From: Xanthobacteraceae bacterium | GTDB lineage: Bacteria > Pseudomonadota > Alphaproteobacteria > Rhizobiales > Xanthobacteraceae | Reading direction: 5' to 3' | NCBI GenBank assembly: GCA_035546235.1 | Contig: DASZWK010000398.1 | Coordinates: 3,372-67,371, forward strand | Length of the DNA stretch: 64,000 nt | Part shown: positions 51,890 to 61,127 of the stretch, one piece after another | Layout of the letters: each line of letters begins with the position of its first letter | How positions within the stretch are numbered: position 1 is the first letter of the stretch | The notes under the pieces: generated by a model | The model's input: only the letters and a program-made list of their open reading frames with translations | Database searches by the model: none | Told to the model about the DNA's origin: nothing | Made by a program: the position numbers and the translations under genes

Positions 51890-52215
51890 TGCCGGCTCTC
51901 CGGAGAAGGTTGTCGCCTGTATTGGTCGCCGGGACGCCGGGAAGGTTCAGGCCGGGGGCGGCGTTGATCGTTGGCGGCGCCGGTCATCCGGGCGAACCCA
52001 GAGGATGCTTCTCGACGCTAAGATTCGGGTCTAACTCTTCCAGCCACGGCCGAGTCGCCGGAGCGAGCCTCGAAGGACGCCGCTCCGGCCTTGGCTGTCG
52101 TCCTGAGGTGGCCGCGGCGTCGCGGGGCCACCTCAAGGCAGTGGTGAAGATTTGGAATGAAGGCCAGTCTGCGGTGTTAGCCCCGAAAGATGAAAAGACA
52201 GGTGAGGGAGAAAAC

Positions 52216-52680
52216 ATGCCAACGGGTATCGTCGACCGATCGCGATTGATCTTTCCTGGCCTCGCTGGGCTCTACGACACTTTCGCTCCTGCGAGCTATT
52301 CGTTCATGCGGTTTGCGACTGGCGCGGTGCTGGTGCCGCATGGCATTCAGAAGATCATGGCCGGCACGGCCATGGCGCTGGCGCCCAACATCGAGAAGAA
52401 GATGGGCGTACCGGCGCCGCTGCTGTGGGCCTGGCTCGCCGTTTTCGCCGAGTCGGCCGCCGCAATCTGCCTCGCCATCGGGCTTTTCACCCGGCTTGCC
52501 GCGCTGATCATCTGGATCGAGATGGGCGTCATCATTGTCTTTTTTCAATGGCAGTTCGGCTATTTCTGGACCTCCAAGGGCATCGAATATGCGCTTCTGT
52601 GGTGGCTGCTCTGCCTGGCAATTTTCTTTCGCGGCGGCGGCCGGTATTCGGTGGATCGGCTGATCGGCCGGGAATTTTAG
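52216..52680 (+). CDS. DoxX family membrane protein
   Basis: ATG 52216 follows GAGGGAG. 154 aa with 4 TM helices and RFATGAVLVPHGIQK, typical of DoxX. Confidence 0.8.
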   Translation: MPTGIVDRSRLIFPGLAGLYDTFAPASYSFMRFATGAVLVPHGIQKIMAGTAMALAPNIEKKMGVPAPLLWAWLAVFAESAAAICLAIGLFTRLAALIIWIEMGVIIVFFQWQFGYFWTSKGIEYALLWWLLCLAIFFRGGGRYSVDRLIGREF

Positions 52681-52851
52681 TCTCCTTCTCCCCGCGTGCG
52701 GGGAGAAGGTCGGGATGTGGGGGCCTTTCCACCAGGCTGAGCATCGCGGTGTTGTCTAAAACGCCGCGGCTCGTCCCGAAGGCTCAGAATCGCGGAGAGG
52801 CCCCCTCACCCTCGCTCCGCTCGACCTCTCCCCGCGCGCGGGGAGAGGTGA
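52681..52851. repeat. MITE/REP-like inverted-repeat element, family A, copy 2
   Basis: The terminal arms match copy 1 closely. It begins immediately after the doxX TAG and ends 4 nt before the stop codon of the convergent cytochrome c gene. Confidence 0.7.
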
Positions 52852-52855
52852 GCAA

Positions 52856-53398
52856 TCAGATCCGCCCCGGGAACTTGATGATGAAGTTGTCGCGGTTCGG
52901 CATCTTCACTTTGGGCAAGGTCTGCGCGTTCATCGGCTCGTCTTGCGGAATGATGTTGTTGCCGGCGAGCAGATAGGCGCACAGCGCGTAGACCTCGTCG
53001 TCGGAGAGCGTGTGCGGCGTCGGCCACGGCATGGCGCGGCGGATGTAGTCGAACAAGGTCGAGGCCTGGCCCCAGAAATTGGCGATGGTCTTGTTGGCGT
53101 CGATACCGGGTTCGGTCAGCGATGGATTGCCGATCAGCTCGTTGGACTTGCCGCCGCGCGCATCCTTGCCGTGGCAGATCGAACAGCCCTTGTCGTCGAA
53201 CAGTTTTGCACCCTGCGCGGCGGTGCCGCTGCCGGGCGGCAGGCCGGTGCCGTCGGGCAGAATGGTGATGTCCCAGGCCTTGATGTCGTTCTCGGTCACC
53301 GGCTTGCCGAGGTTCGGCGTGTTGGCGGCGAGCGCGGCGGATGAGGCGAGAACGAACACGAGCGCGGCGGAGGAGGCGAGGAGCTTAAGCGTAGACAT
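52856..53398 (-). CDS. sorB: cytochrome c subunit of sulfite dehydrogenase (SorB/SoxD-like)
   Basis: ATG 53398 gives a signal peptide (ASSAALA/AN). One CSICH heme-binding site. It overlaps the upstream Mo-enzyme gene by 14 nt. Confidence 0.7.
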   Translation of the reverse strand: MSTLKLLASSAALVFVLASSAALAANTPNLGKPVTENDIKAWDITILPDGTGLPPGSGTAAQGAKLFDDKGCSICHGKDARGGKSNELIGNPSLTEPGIDANKTIANFWGQASTLFDYIRRAMPWPTPHTLSDDEVYALCAYLLAGNNIIPQDEPMNAQTLPKVKMPNRDNFIIKFPGRI

Positions 53399-54701
53399 GT
53401 TTGATCTCCCCCTTGGCGTCGATGCCCCAGGCGGTGAGGCTGTTGTAGTGCTGGTTGGCGAAGGCATAGGGGCTCTTCACCGGCTTTTTGGTCTCGCCGC
53501 GCAGTTTGACAAAATCGGCGCGCAGCGGCTGCACCGCGCCGGAATCGTCCCAGGCGCGGCTGGTGATGGTGACCGGCTGGCCGTTCCAGCGCCACGGCAT
53601 GCGGAAACGCGTGAACGCCTTCGGCACCGCCGGGCCTTCCACCGCGGCCTCGCCCCAGCTCTGGCCGCCGTCGGCGGAAACCAGAACCTTGGTGATGGTG
53701 CCGGTGCCCGAATAGGCGATGCCGGAGATTTCGTAATAGCCCGGCGCCTTCAGGCTCATGCCGAACGACGGCTTGGTGATGAAGGATTTCACCTCGTTGA
53801 CGAAGTAGAAGCGGTAGGCCTTGCCGTCGGGCAAGAGCGGCGAGTAGTTGCGCGTCTCGTAGAAGGTCATGGCCGGCTGGTCGATGATGTAGAGCCGGCG
53901 CAGGAATTTGATGTTCATGTTGCCTTCGAAGCCCGGCAGCAGGAGCCGCATCGGATAGCCGTTGCCGGGCATCAGCCGCTCGCCGTTCTGATAGAATGCG
54001 ATCAGCGCATCTTCGTAGCCCTTCTTCAGCGGCACGCTGCGGGCGACCAGAAGGTCGTCGGCGCCTTCGGCCATCATCCATACCGCCTTCGGATCGACGC
54101 CGGCTTCGTCGAGGATGACCGACAGCGGCACGCCGGTCCATTCGGCGCAGGAAACAAGGCCGTGCAGCTGCTGCACCGTCGCCTGCAACGGCACGTTGGA
54201 GAACATGGCGGCGCTGTTGCCGCCGCACTCGACGAAATGTTTGCGCGTGACCATCGGGTAGCGCAGCAGATCCTCGACGGTGAATTCGAGCGTGCGCTTC
54301 ACCATGCCATGGACGATGAGGCGGTGCTGCGCCGGGTCGATGTCGGGAATGCCCGAATGCAGGATGGTGAAATGCAGCGGGTTCGGCGTGATGGTGCCGT
54401 CGAGCATCTGCAGCGGCGCGCGGGCGTGCTGGGTGCGCGCCTCGCCCTTGGGGTTGGACAGGATGCGCACCACGTTCTTTTCGAAGCGCGACGGCGTCTG
54501 CATGACCGGCGTGACAATGCCGGGCATGTTGGTCCAAGGGGGATTGGTCAGCGGCTCGGCTGCGGCGCTGCTGGCGGCGGCGCCGGTGGTCATTGCGCCG
54601 GCAAAGGCGATGCCGCCGCCCAAGAGCGCGCGGCGGTGCAGAAGGCCGTTGCCGGCGACTTCTTCCAGCGGCGCGGGGCCGCCGGTCAGGCGTTTCCTCA
54701 T
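53385..54701 (-). CDS. sorA: molybdopterin-dependent sulfite dehydrogenase catalytic subunit (SorA/SoxC-like)
   Basis: Tat signal HRRALLGGG, plus sulfite-oxidase-type Moco and dimerisation domains. ATG 54701 is preceded by GGAG. Confidence 0.8.
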   Translation of the reverse strand: MRKRLTGGPAPLEEVAGNGLLHRRALLGGGIAFAGAMTTGAAASSAAAEPLTNPPWTNMPGIVTPVMQTPSRFEKNVVRILSNPKGEARTQHARAPLQMLDGTITPNPLHFTILHSGIPDIDPAQHRLIVHGMVKRTLEFTVEDLLRYPMVTRKHFVECGGNSAAMFSNVPLQATVQQLHGLVSCAEWTGVPLSVILDEAGVDPKAVWMMAEGADDLLVARSVPLKKGYEDALIAFYQNGERLMPGNGYPMRLLLPGFEGNMNIKFLRRLYIIDQPAMTFYETRNYSPLLPDGKAYRFYFVNEVKSFITKPSFGMSLKAPGYYEISGIAYSGTGTITKVLVSADGGQSWGEAAVEGPAVPKAFTRFRMPWRWNGQPVTITSRAWDDSGAVQPLRADFVKLRGETKKPVKSPYAFANQHYNSLTAWGIDAKGEIKHVYA

Positions 54702-54831
54702 TGGTGTCACTCCGGGCTTTCCGGCATCCATCGACGCCGTCGCCATGGTCTATCCGTTGGAGCGGGTGGGACTTCTCCCGCGCGCATGTTGCGTCATTCG
54801 GGGGGGAATGTGAAGGGCGCTATGTGCGTGT

Positions 54832-54931
54832 GTCATCATCCGCGAAAGCGGATGATCCAGTAATCGCTGCGTCCGAGGAAAAGGACAGAGAGTCGTTGAC
54901 TACTGGATGCTCCGCCTTCGCGGAGCATGAC
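54832..54931. repeat. inverted-repeat element, family C (GTCATCATCCGCGAAAGCGGATGATCCAGTA ... TACTGGATGCTCCGCCTTCGCGGAGCATGAC)
   Basis: An imperfect terminal inverted repeat of about 31 bp, read directly. Only a single copy occurs in the window. Confidence 0.5.
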
Positions 54932-54953
54932 AGGTCGGCGGTTGGCGTCGCAC

Positions 54954-56036
54954 CTACGCCTTCAATCTTGGCAGCAGCGCGAGCGCGTTGGTGCGGTCGA
55001 TGGCGGCGCGGGCGGTATCCGACAGGCCGTCATCGGAGAGATGTTTTTCGCCGGCGGCGACGCTGACGAACGGGTAGTCGGTGCCGAACAGGATGTGGGA
55101 GAGCGGCGCCATCGCCCGCAGCGCCGCCATCGACGGCGCGGTGTCGGCGCTTGCGGTGTCGTAATAGAGCTTGCGCAATTCGGCGAGCACGCCGTCCGGC
55201 ATAAATTTCTTTGCGTTCGGATGGTGGCCGAGCGTCTCGACCATGCGGCCCGCCATCATCGGCGTGGCGCCGCCGCCATGCGAAAAGATCCAGCGGATGT
55301 CCGGATTGTTATGGACGGTGCCGTTGACCAGGATGCTTGCGATCGTGCGCGTGGTCTCGAAGGGGTATTCGATCGCCTGCGGCGGCAGGCCGGGCTGCAC
55401 CGCGCTGCAACACGCCGACGTGGTCGGGTGCGTGTAGACCACCGCCTTGCGGCGATTGAGTTCGGCGAACACCGGCGCGAAGGCCGGATCGCCGAGATAC
55501 TTGCCATCGTAGGACGACAAGAGCCCGATGCCGTCGGCGTGCAGCGTGTCGAGCGCGTATTCGATTTCCTTCAGGCTGCCGTCGGTGTCGGGCAGGGGGA
55601 TCACGGCGAACAGGCCGTAGCGGCCTTTAAAAGTGCGGATCTGCTCGGCGGCGAAGTCGTTCCACATCCGCGATAGCCGCCGGCCGGCCGGTACGTCGCC
55701 GAACCACGGGCCGGGTGTCGACACTGAGACGATGGCGGTCTCGACGCCGTTGCCGTCCATGGCTTCGAGCGAAAATTCAGGCTTCCAGGACAAGAGGCGA
55801 TCAGTCGACACGCCGCCGTGTTTGAAGCTGATGCGCTCGTGCTCTTCCTTCATGTAAGCCGGCGGCAGGAAGTGATGATGCACGTCGATGCGGGTGCCGG
55901 GCTTCTTGATCGCGGGGGCCATCGGCGATTGGGCGCGCACGGCGGGCGCGGCGAGGCCGGTCGCCGCCGCGGCAAGGCCGCCCAGGAGGAATCCCCGGCG
56001 TCCGACGCAGCAGGTGCATCCCGAGAACAGGGCCAT
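54954..56036 (-). CDS. amidohydrolase-2 family (ACMSD-like) protein with Tat signal
   Basis: GRRGFLLGGLAAAATGLAAPAVRA signal and a DVHHHFLPP metal motif. Confidence 0.8.
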   Translation of the reverse strand: MALFSGCTCCVGRRGFLLGGLAAAATGLAAPAVRAQSPMAPAIKKPGTRIDVHHHFLPPAYMKEEHERISFKHGGVSTDRLLSWKPEFSLEAMDGNGVETAIVSVSTPGPWFGDVPAGRRLSRMWNDFAAEQIRTFKGRYGLFAVIPLPDTDGSLKEIEYALDTLHADGIGLLSSYDGKYLGDPAFAPVFAELNRRKAVVYTHPTTSACCSAVQPGLPPQAIEYPFETTRTIASILVNGTVHNNPDIRWIFSHGGGATPMMAGRMVETLGHHPNAKKFMPDGVLAELRKLYYDTASADTAPSMAALRAMAPLSHILFGTDYPFVSVAAGEKHLSDDGLSDTARAAIDRTNALALLPRLKA

Positions 56037-56056
56037 GTTTTCCTCCCCGGCTTTTT

Positions 56057-56181
56057 GTCATTCCGGAAGCCGCGAAGCGGCTGTCCGGAATCCATAACCA
56101 CAGGTCGCGCAGAACGCTTGCCGCGCCGCCGGTGGTTATGGATTCCGGGCTCGCGGGCTCTCGCCCGCGCCCCGGAATGAC
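56057..56181. repeat. MITE/REP-like inverted-repeat element, family B, copy 2
   Basis: GTCATTCCGGAAGCCGCGAAGCGGCTGTCCGGAATCCATA...TATGGATTCCGGGCTCGCG...CCCCGGAATGAC. It fills the gap between the TPP-enzyme stop and the amidohydrolase start. Confidence 0.7.
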
Positions 56182-56184
56182 AGA

Positions 56185-57993
56185 TCAATTCCCCGCGCGC
56201 GTCATCGCCTGGGTCATGACCGCGGTATAGCCCGGCTCGACGCGTACATCGACGACGGCGACCCTGCCGGCATCGACTTCGGCGATGGCCTTCTTCAGGG
56301 CCGGGCCGAGATCGGCGGGCGAGGTGATCGGACCGAAGCCGACGGCGCCCTGGGCGCGGCCCATGGCGGCGAGGTCGACTTCCGGCTCGGACATGCGCTG
56401 GCCGATCCACTTGTTCTCGATCGGCCGGTTACGCGCGCGCGCCATCCGCTCCTGATGCAGTTCGTCGTTATAGAACGAGCGGTTGTTGGCGAGCACGAAG
56501 AGGAGCGGGATTTTGTAATGCACCGCGGTCCACACCGCGGTGACGCCCATCAGAAAGTCGCCATCGCCGCAGATCGCGATCGGCAGCCGGCCTGAACCCT
56601 TGAGCGCCAGCGCCGCGCCGACCGAAATGCCCGGGCCGCCGCCGACGCCGCCGCCGCCATCGGAGCCGAGATAATCGAGCGGGTGCTTGAATGCGACCCA
56701 ATTCTCATCCCACGACAGCGGCAGATGCGTGTACGTCACCGCCCGATCGCCGACGAGCTTTTTCAGCTCGCGCGCGATGACCTCGTTGGTGAAGCCGGTC
56801 GGCTCCTTTGCGGCGACCTTGCGCGCGCTCGGCACCGCGTGCGGCTTTGTGCTCTTGCCGACTTCTTTGACCAGCTCCGGCACCACGAGGTCCGGATCGG
56901 CGGAGAGCAGAATATCGACCGCCGGCAGCGCCTGGTGGTCCATGCTCCAGCCGTTGTGGATGCGGTGGTCGAGCGACACCTGGATCACCTTGACGGACGG
57001 TGACGGACCCCAGTGGCGCAGCGCGCCGGCGAGATCGACCCAGTCGAGGCTGAGCACGACATCGACGTCCTTGAGACCCTCGACGGCCTCCGGGGTCGGC
57101 GCGCGCGGCGCACCGGCATAGAGCGCGTGATCGGTCGGGAAGGTGGCGCCGATTTTCAGATCGGTCAGGACGCGGGCGCCGAGCGCTTCGGCGAGCGCGA
57201 CGCGGGCGTTCCAGGCCTCCTCGCTGCGCGAGGCGCGGCCGGCGAGGATGAGCACCTGCCGGGCGCCCTTGAGCATCGCGGCGGCCTGCTTGACGAGCTC
57301 CGGGGGCGCCGCGGTCGAGACCTGCGGCATGTAGCGCGCCGGATCGATCGTCGGCAGTGGATCGGAGACCTTCATCTCCTGCAGTTCGGCATCGAAATTG
57401 ATGTAGACCGGACCCTGCGGCACGGTGTTGGCGATCCAGTTGCCGCGCATGATCGCTTCGCGCGCAGCGCCGGGCGAGGCCGGCTGGTCGTCCCACTTGG
57501 TATATTCGCGCACCAGCGCGCCCTGATCGCGCGCGGTGTGAATCCAGTCGATCCAGGGCCGGCGCTTGACGGCATCGACCGGGCCGGTGGCGCCGAGCAC
57601 CACGACGGGCATGCGATCGCACCAGGCGTTGAACAGCGCCATCGAGGCGTGCATCAGCCCGACATTGGAATGCACCGCGGTGACCATCGCCTTGCCGGTG
57701 ACCTTGGCGTAGCCCTGAGCGATGGCGACGGCGGCCTCTTCGTGCAGGCAGAGCAGCATCTGCGGCCTGGAATTGCCGAGATAGTTGACGATCGAGTCAT
57801 GCAGGCCGCGATAGCTCGCGCCGGGAGTGAGCGCGATGTAGGGCACGTCGAGCGAGCGCAATGCGTCGGCGATCACGTCCGAGCCGAAACCGGGCGCGTT
57901 GGCGCCGGCGGGCGTCGGCCGTTCGATCTTCGAGACCGTGGGATCGGCGGCGCTGGGGTTGACGCGAGCGGTCGCGGATTGGGGAGGCGTCAT
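56185..57993 (-). CDS. thiamine-pyrophosphate-dependent enzyme (acetolactate synthase/benzoylformate decarboxylase superfamily)
   Basis: Three-domain TPP enzyme with a C-terminal GDGDF...NN TPP-binding motif. I prefer ATG 57993. Confidence 0.8.
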   Translation of the reverse strand: MTPPQSATARVNPSAADPTVSKIERPTPAGANAPGFGSDVIADALRSLDVPYIALTPGASYRGLHDSIVNYLGNSRPQMLLCLHEEAAVAIAQGYAKVTGKAMVTAVHSNVGLMHASMALFNAWCDRMPVVVLGATGPVDAVKRRPWIDWIHTARDQGALVREYTKWDDQPASPGAAREAIMRGNWIANTVPQGPVYINFDAELQEMKVSDPLPTIDPARYMPQVSTAAPPELVKQAAAMLKGARQVLILAGRASRSEEAWNARVALAEALGARVLTDLKIGATFPTDHALYAGAPRAPTPEAVEGLKDVDVVLSLDWVDLAGALRHWGPSPSVKVIQVSLDHRIHNGWSMDHQALPAVDILLSADPDLVVPELVKEVGKSTKPHAVPSARKVAAKEPTGFTNEVIARELKKLVGDRAVTYTHLPLSWDENWVAFKHPLDYLGSDGGGGVGGGPGISVGAALALKGSGRLPIAICGDGDFLMGVTAVWTAVHYKIPLLFVLANNRSFYNDELHQERMARARNRPIENKWIGQRMSEPEVDLAAMGRAQGAVGFGPITSPADLGPALKKAIAEVDAGRVAVVDVRVEPGYTAVMTQAMTRAGN

Positions 57994-58072
57994 ACAGGCA
58001 TTTCCTCTTATGGGTTGGCAGGGGGTGGCTGGATCGGAACGTGGGCCGCATCCAACCGGATCATGAGCCAAA

Positions 58073-59335
58073 TCACAAGCCAGCGCGCAAGCGGGTGAGA
58101 AGTCCCACTCCGGCATAGCCGTCGGCCGGCTCAATGCCGATTTTGCGCTGGTAGGCCTGCACGGCCAGCATGGTCTGGGTGCCGACGCGGCCATCGGCGC
58201 CGCCGGTGTCGAAGCCGAGCGCGGTCAGACGGCGCTGGATTTCTTCGATGTCGGCGAGCGTCGGCGCCGGCTCGCCGCCTGGGAATTGTTGCACGAACGG
58301 CTCGCCGCCGACGCAGCGGTCGCCCAGATGGCAGAGCGCGAGCGCATAGCTGGTCGACGGATTGTAGCTTTTGACCGCAAAGAAATTGGCGCCGAGCAGG
58401 AACGCCGGGCCGCCGGGTTCCGGCAGCCACGGCCGCGCCGTGTCGTTCAGCCGCTGAAACGCCGCGCCGTCGGCGCGCGTGACGCCGGCCGCCTCCCAGG
58501 CCGCATAGCTGCGCGCGCCGCCGCGGGCGAGCTTTTGCGGCATGCGCACCTCGTAGCCCCATTGCTCGCCGCGGCGGTAATGGCCGCGCTCGACGAAAAA
58601 ACGCGCAGTGGTGGCCAACGCATCGTCCGGCCGGCCGTACGGCGAAATTTTTCCGTCGTGATCGTAATCGAGGCCGAGATGCAGCCACACCTCGGGCATC
58701 CACTGGGTGTGGCCCATGGCGCCGGCCCAGGAGCCGGTCATCGCTTCGGGCGTGCTCCAGCCGCGTTGCACGATGGTGAGCGCGTTGATCAGTTCGCTTT
58801 CCCAATAGGCGCGCCGCCGCGGCTCGGCCCAGGACAACGCGGCGAGCGACGGAATGACCGGCTTCATGTGGTTCTTTTCGACCAGCGGATCGCCGAATGT
58901 CGACTCGACGCCCCAGACGCCGAGCATGATCGCCGGCGAAACGCCGTAATCCTTCTCGATGCGCGCGAGCAGCGGCGCATAGTCCTTGGCGACCTTGCGG
59001 CCAGTGACAATGCGCCAGTCAGAGACGCGGCGATTGAGGTACTGCCAGAGTTGCTCGCGGAATTCGGGCTGGTTGCGGATTTCCTTGAGCCCGGTCATGT
59101 CGGGTTTGAGCCCGGTCATGACGCGCGTGTAGGTCGCTTCCGTGATGCCGTGCGCTTGCGCCTTGGCGCGGAACGCGGCGACCCAGCGATCGAACGTTAT
59201 TTCTTTGCTTGGCTTGGGCCGCGCTGCGGCGTGCTTCGTGTGTCGCGCTGCGCTTGCGCCATTCGGAAAAATCGCAGCGGCGCCGCCGGCGAGCGCTGTC
59301 AGGACGCGTCGTCTGTCGATCCCCGCCCGTGCCAA
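58073..59335 (-). CDS. lytic murein transglycosylase (MltB-like) with C-terminal peptidoglycan-binding domain
   Basis: Tat/Sec-like N-terminus, the GVESTFG catalytic region, and a C-terminal IQRRLTALGFDTGGADG PG_binding_1 repeat. Confidence 0.85.
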   Translation of the reverse strand: MARAGIDRRRVLTALAGGAAAIFPNGASAARHTKHAAARPKPSKEITFDRWVAAFRAKAQAHGITEATYTRVMTGLKPDMTGLKEIRNQPEFREQLWQYLNRRVSDWRIVTGRKVAKDYAPLLARIEKDYGVSPAIMLGVWGVESTFGDPLVEKNHMKPVIPSLAALSWAEPRRRAYWESELINALTIVQRGWSTPEAMTGSWAGAMGHTQWMPEVWLHLGLDYDHDGKISPYGRPDDALATTARFFVERGHYRRGEQWGYEVRMPQKLARGGARSYAAWEAAGVTRADGAAFQRLNDTARPWLPEPGGPAFLLGANFFAVKSYNPSTSYALALCHLGDRCVGGEPFVQQFPGGEPAPTLADIEEIQRRLTALGFDTGGADGRVGTQTMLAVQAYQRKIGIEPADGYAGVGLLTRLRAGL

Positions 59336-59343
59336 GTGCTGTG

Positions 59344-59910
59344 TTAGTCCTTCGCGCGCTCGATGTAGCTGCCGTCGTCGGTATTGACGACGATCCTGGT
59401 GCCCGTGGTGACGAACGGCGGCACCATGGTGCGCACCCCGTTCGACAGTACCGCCGGTTTGTAGGACGACGATGCGGTCTGCCCCTTCATGGTCGGCTCG
59501 GTCTCCGTCACTTCAAGGGTGGCGCGTGGCGCAATCTCGATCGCGACGGGTGTGCCTTCATGCAGGCTGATGGTGACCTCCATCTCCGGGTGCAGATAGG
59601 CGGCCGCGTCGCCGATGATGTCGGCCGGCACCGCGACCTGGTCGTAGCTCTCCATGTTCATGAAATGGAAGCCGTCGCTGTCCTGGTACATGAACTGGTG
59701 TTTGCGGTCCTCGACGAACGCGCGTTCCACCTGGTCGGTGGTCTTGAAACGCAGCGCCAGCTTCACGCCGTCGGCGATGCGGCGCACGTCCATCTGCGTG
59801 ACCGGGGTGCCCTTGCCGGGATGGATGTTCTCGGTGGTCACGATGACCGCGAGCTTGCCGTCGATATCGACGATATTGCCTTTGCGTAAGCTACTGGCGA
59901 TGACTTTCAC
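59344..59910 (-). CDS. efp: elongation factor P
   Basis: 188 aa with a loop HPGKGTP (Lys33). Confidence 0.95.
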   Translation of the reverse strand: MKVIASSLRKGNIVDIDGKLAVIVTTENIHPGKGTPVTQMDVRRIADGVKLALRFKTTDQVERAFVEDRKHQFMYQDSDGFHFMNMESYDQVAVPADIIGDAAAYLHPEMEVTISLHEGTPVAIEIAPRATLEVTETEPTMKGQTASSSYKPAVLSNGVRTMVPPFVTTGTRIVVNTDDGSYIERAKD

Positions 59911-60043
59911 GGGAAAACGTTCCTTGCCTGATGACGCCCGGAGCCGAATGGCGCCCAGAGCCTAATGGTGCCCAGATTCGGCGCAACATACCGATCCTGA
60001 AGCTAATCGCTAGTTATTTCCGCAAAGTACTGCCGACAAGGTT

Positions 60044-61099
60044 ATGACGGACAAAGTGCCCGATTCTTCGCCCTTTTGGGCCCCACACGTCCATGCCGAC
60101 CGGCGTCCGGCGCTGCTGGCGCGCATGCGCATCACGGCCGCCCTGCGACGCTGGTTCGGAGCGAACGATTTCGTCGAGGTCGAGACCGGGGCGCTCGCGG
60201 TTTCGCCCGGCAACGAAACCCATCTGCACGCCTTCGCCACTGCGCTGGCCGCGCCCGACGGAACCGCGGCCCCCCTCTATCTGCGCACGTCGCCGGAATT
60301 CGCCTGCAAGAAGCTGCTCGCCGCCGGCGAGCGTCGCATCGTCGAGTTTGCCAAGGTTTTTCGCAACCGCGAGCGCGGCGCGCTGCATGCGCCCGAATTC
60401 ACGATGGTCGAATGGTATCGCTCAGGCGAGCCCTACACGGTCCTGATGGCGGACTGCGCGGCGCTGCTGGCCGAGGCGGCGCAGGCCGCCGGCACTTGGC
60501 ATTTTTCCTCCCGGGGCCGCTCGGCCGATCCGTCGGCAAAGCCGGAGCGGCTGTCCGTTGCCGAGGCATTCGGCCGTTATGCCGGCATCGATCTCTTGGC
60601 GACGCTCGATCGCGGGCAGGGCGACCGCGACAGCCTTGCGCGCGCGGCGCAAATCGCGGGAATCCGCATTGCCGACGACGATACCTGGGGCGATATTTTC
60701 AGCCGCGTGCTGGTGGAGAAAATCGAGCCGAAACTCGGCATCGGCCGCGCTACCATCCTGGACGAATACCCGGCAGAGCAGGCGGCGCTGGCGCGGCCGT
60801 CGCCGCACGATCCGCGCGTCGCCGAGCGCTTCGAGCTTTACGTCTGCGGCGTCGAACTCGCCAACGGCTTTGCCGAACTCACCGACGCGCGCGAGCAGCG
60901 GCGGCGCCTCGAACGCGAGATGGCGGAAAAACAGCGCCGCTACGGCGAGCGCTATCCGCTCGATGAGGATTTTTTGGCGGCGCTCGCACACATGCCGGAC
61001 GCGAGCGGCATCGCGCTCGGGCTCGATCGCCTGGTGATGTTGGCGACCGGCGCCGCGCGCATCGATCAGGTGCTGTGGGTGCCGCCGTCAGGCCCATGA
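60044..61099 (+). CDS. epmA: EF-P lysine aminoacylase (class II LysRS paralog, GenX/PoxA)
   Basis: Class II aaRS motifs (LRTSPEF, FRNRERGALHAPEFTMVEWY). It has no anticodon-binding domain and is divergent from efp. Confidence 0.85.
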   Translation: MTDKVPDSSPFWAPHVHADRRPALLARMRITAALRRWFGANDFVEVETGALAVSPGNETHLHAFATALAAPDGTAAPLYLRTSPEFACKKLLAAGERRIVEFAKVFRNRERGALHAPEFTMVEWYRSGEPYTVLMADCAALLAEAAQAAGTWHFSSRGRSADPSAKPERLSVAEAFGRYAGIDLLATLDRGQGDRDSLARAAQIAGIRIADDDTWGDIFSRVLVEKIEPKLGIGRATILDEYPAEQAALARPSPHDPRVAERFELYVCGVELANGFAELTDAREQRRRLEREMAEKQRRYGERYPLDEDFLAALAHMPDASGIALGLDRLVMLATGAARIDQVLWVPPSGP

Positions 61100-61127
61100 A
61101 CGGCCGCCGCTCGCTGAGACTGGCGGT

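Noticed and set aside
56185-57993. The idea that the TPP enzyme is sulfoacetaldehyde acetyltransferase (Xsc) feeding sulfite to the neighbouring SorAB.
   Set aside because: The N-terminal region does not resemble Xsc as I recall it, and I have no pta/tau context to support it. I leave it as a generic TPP-dependent enzyme.
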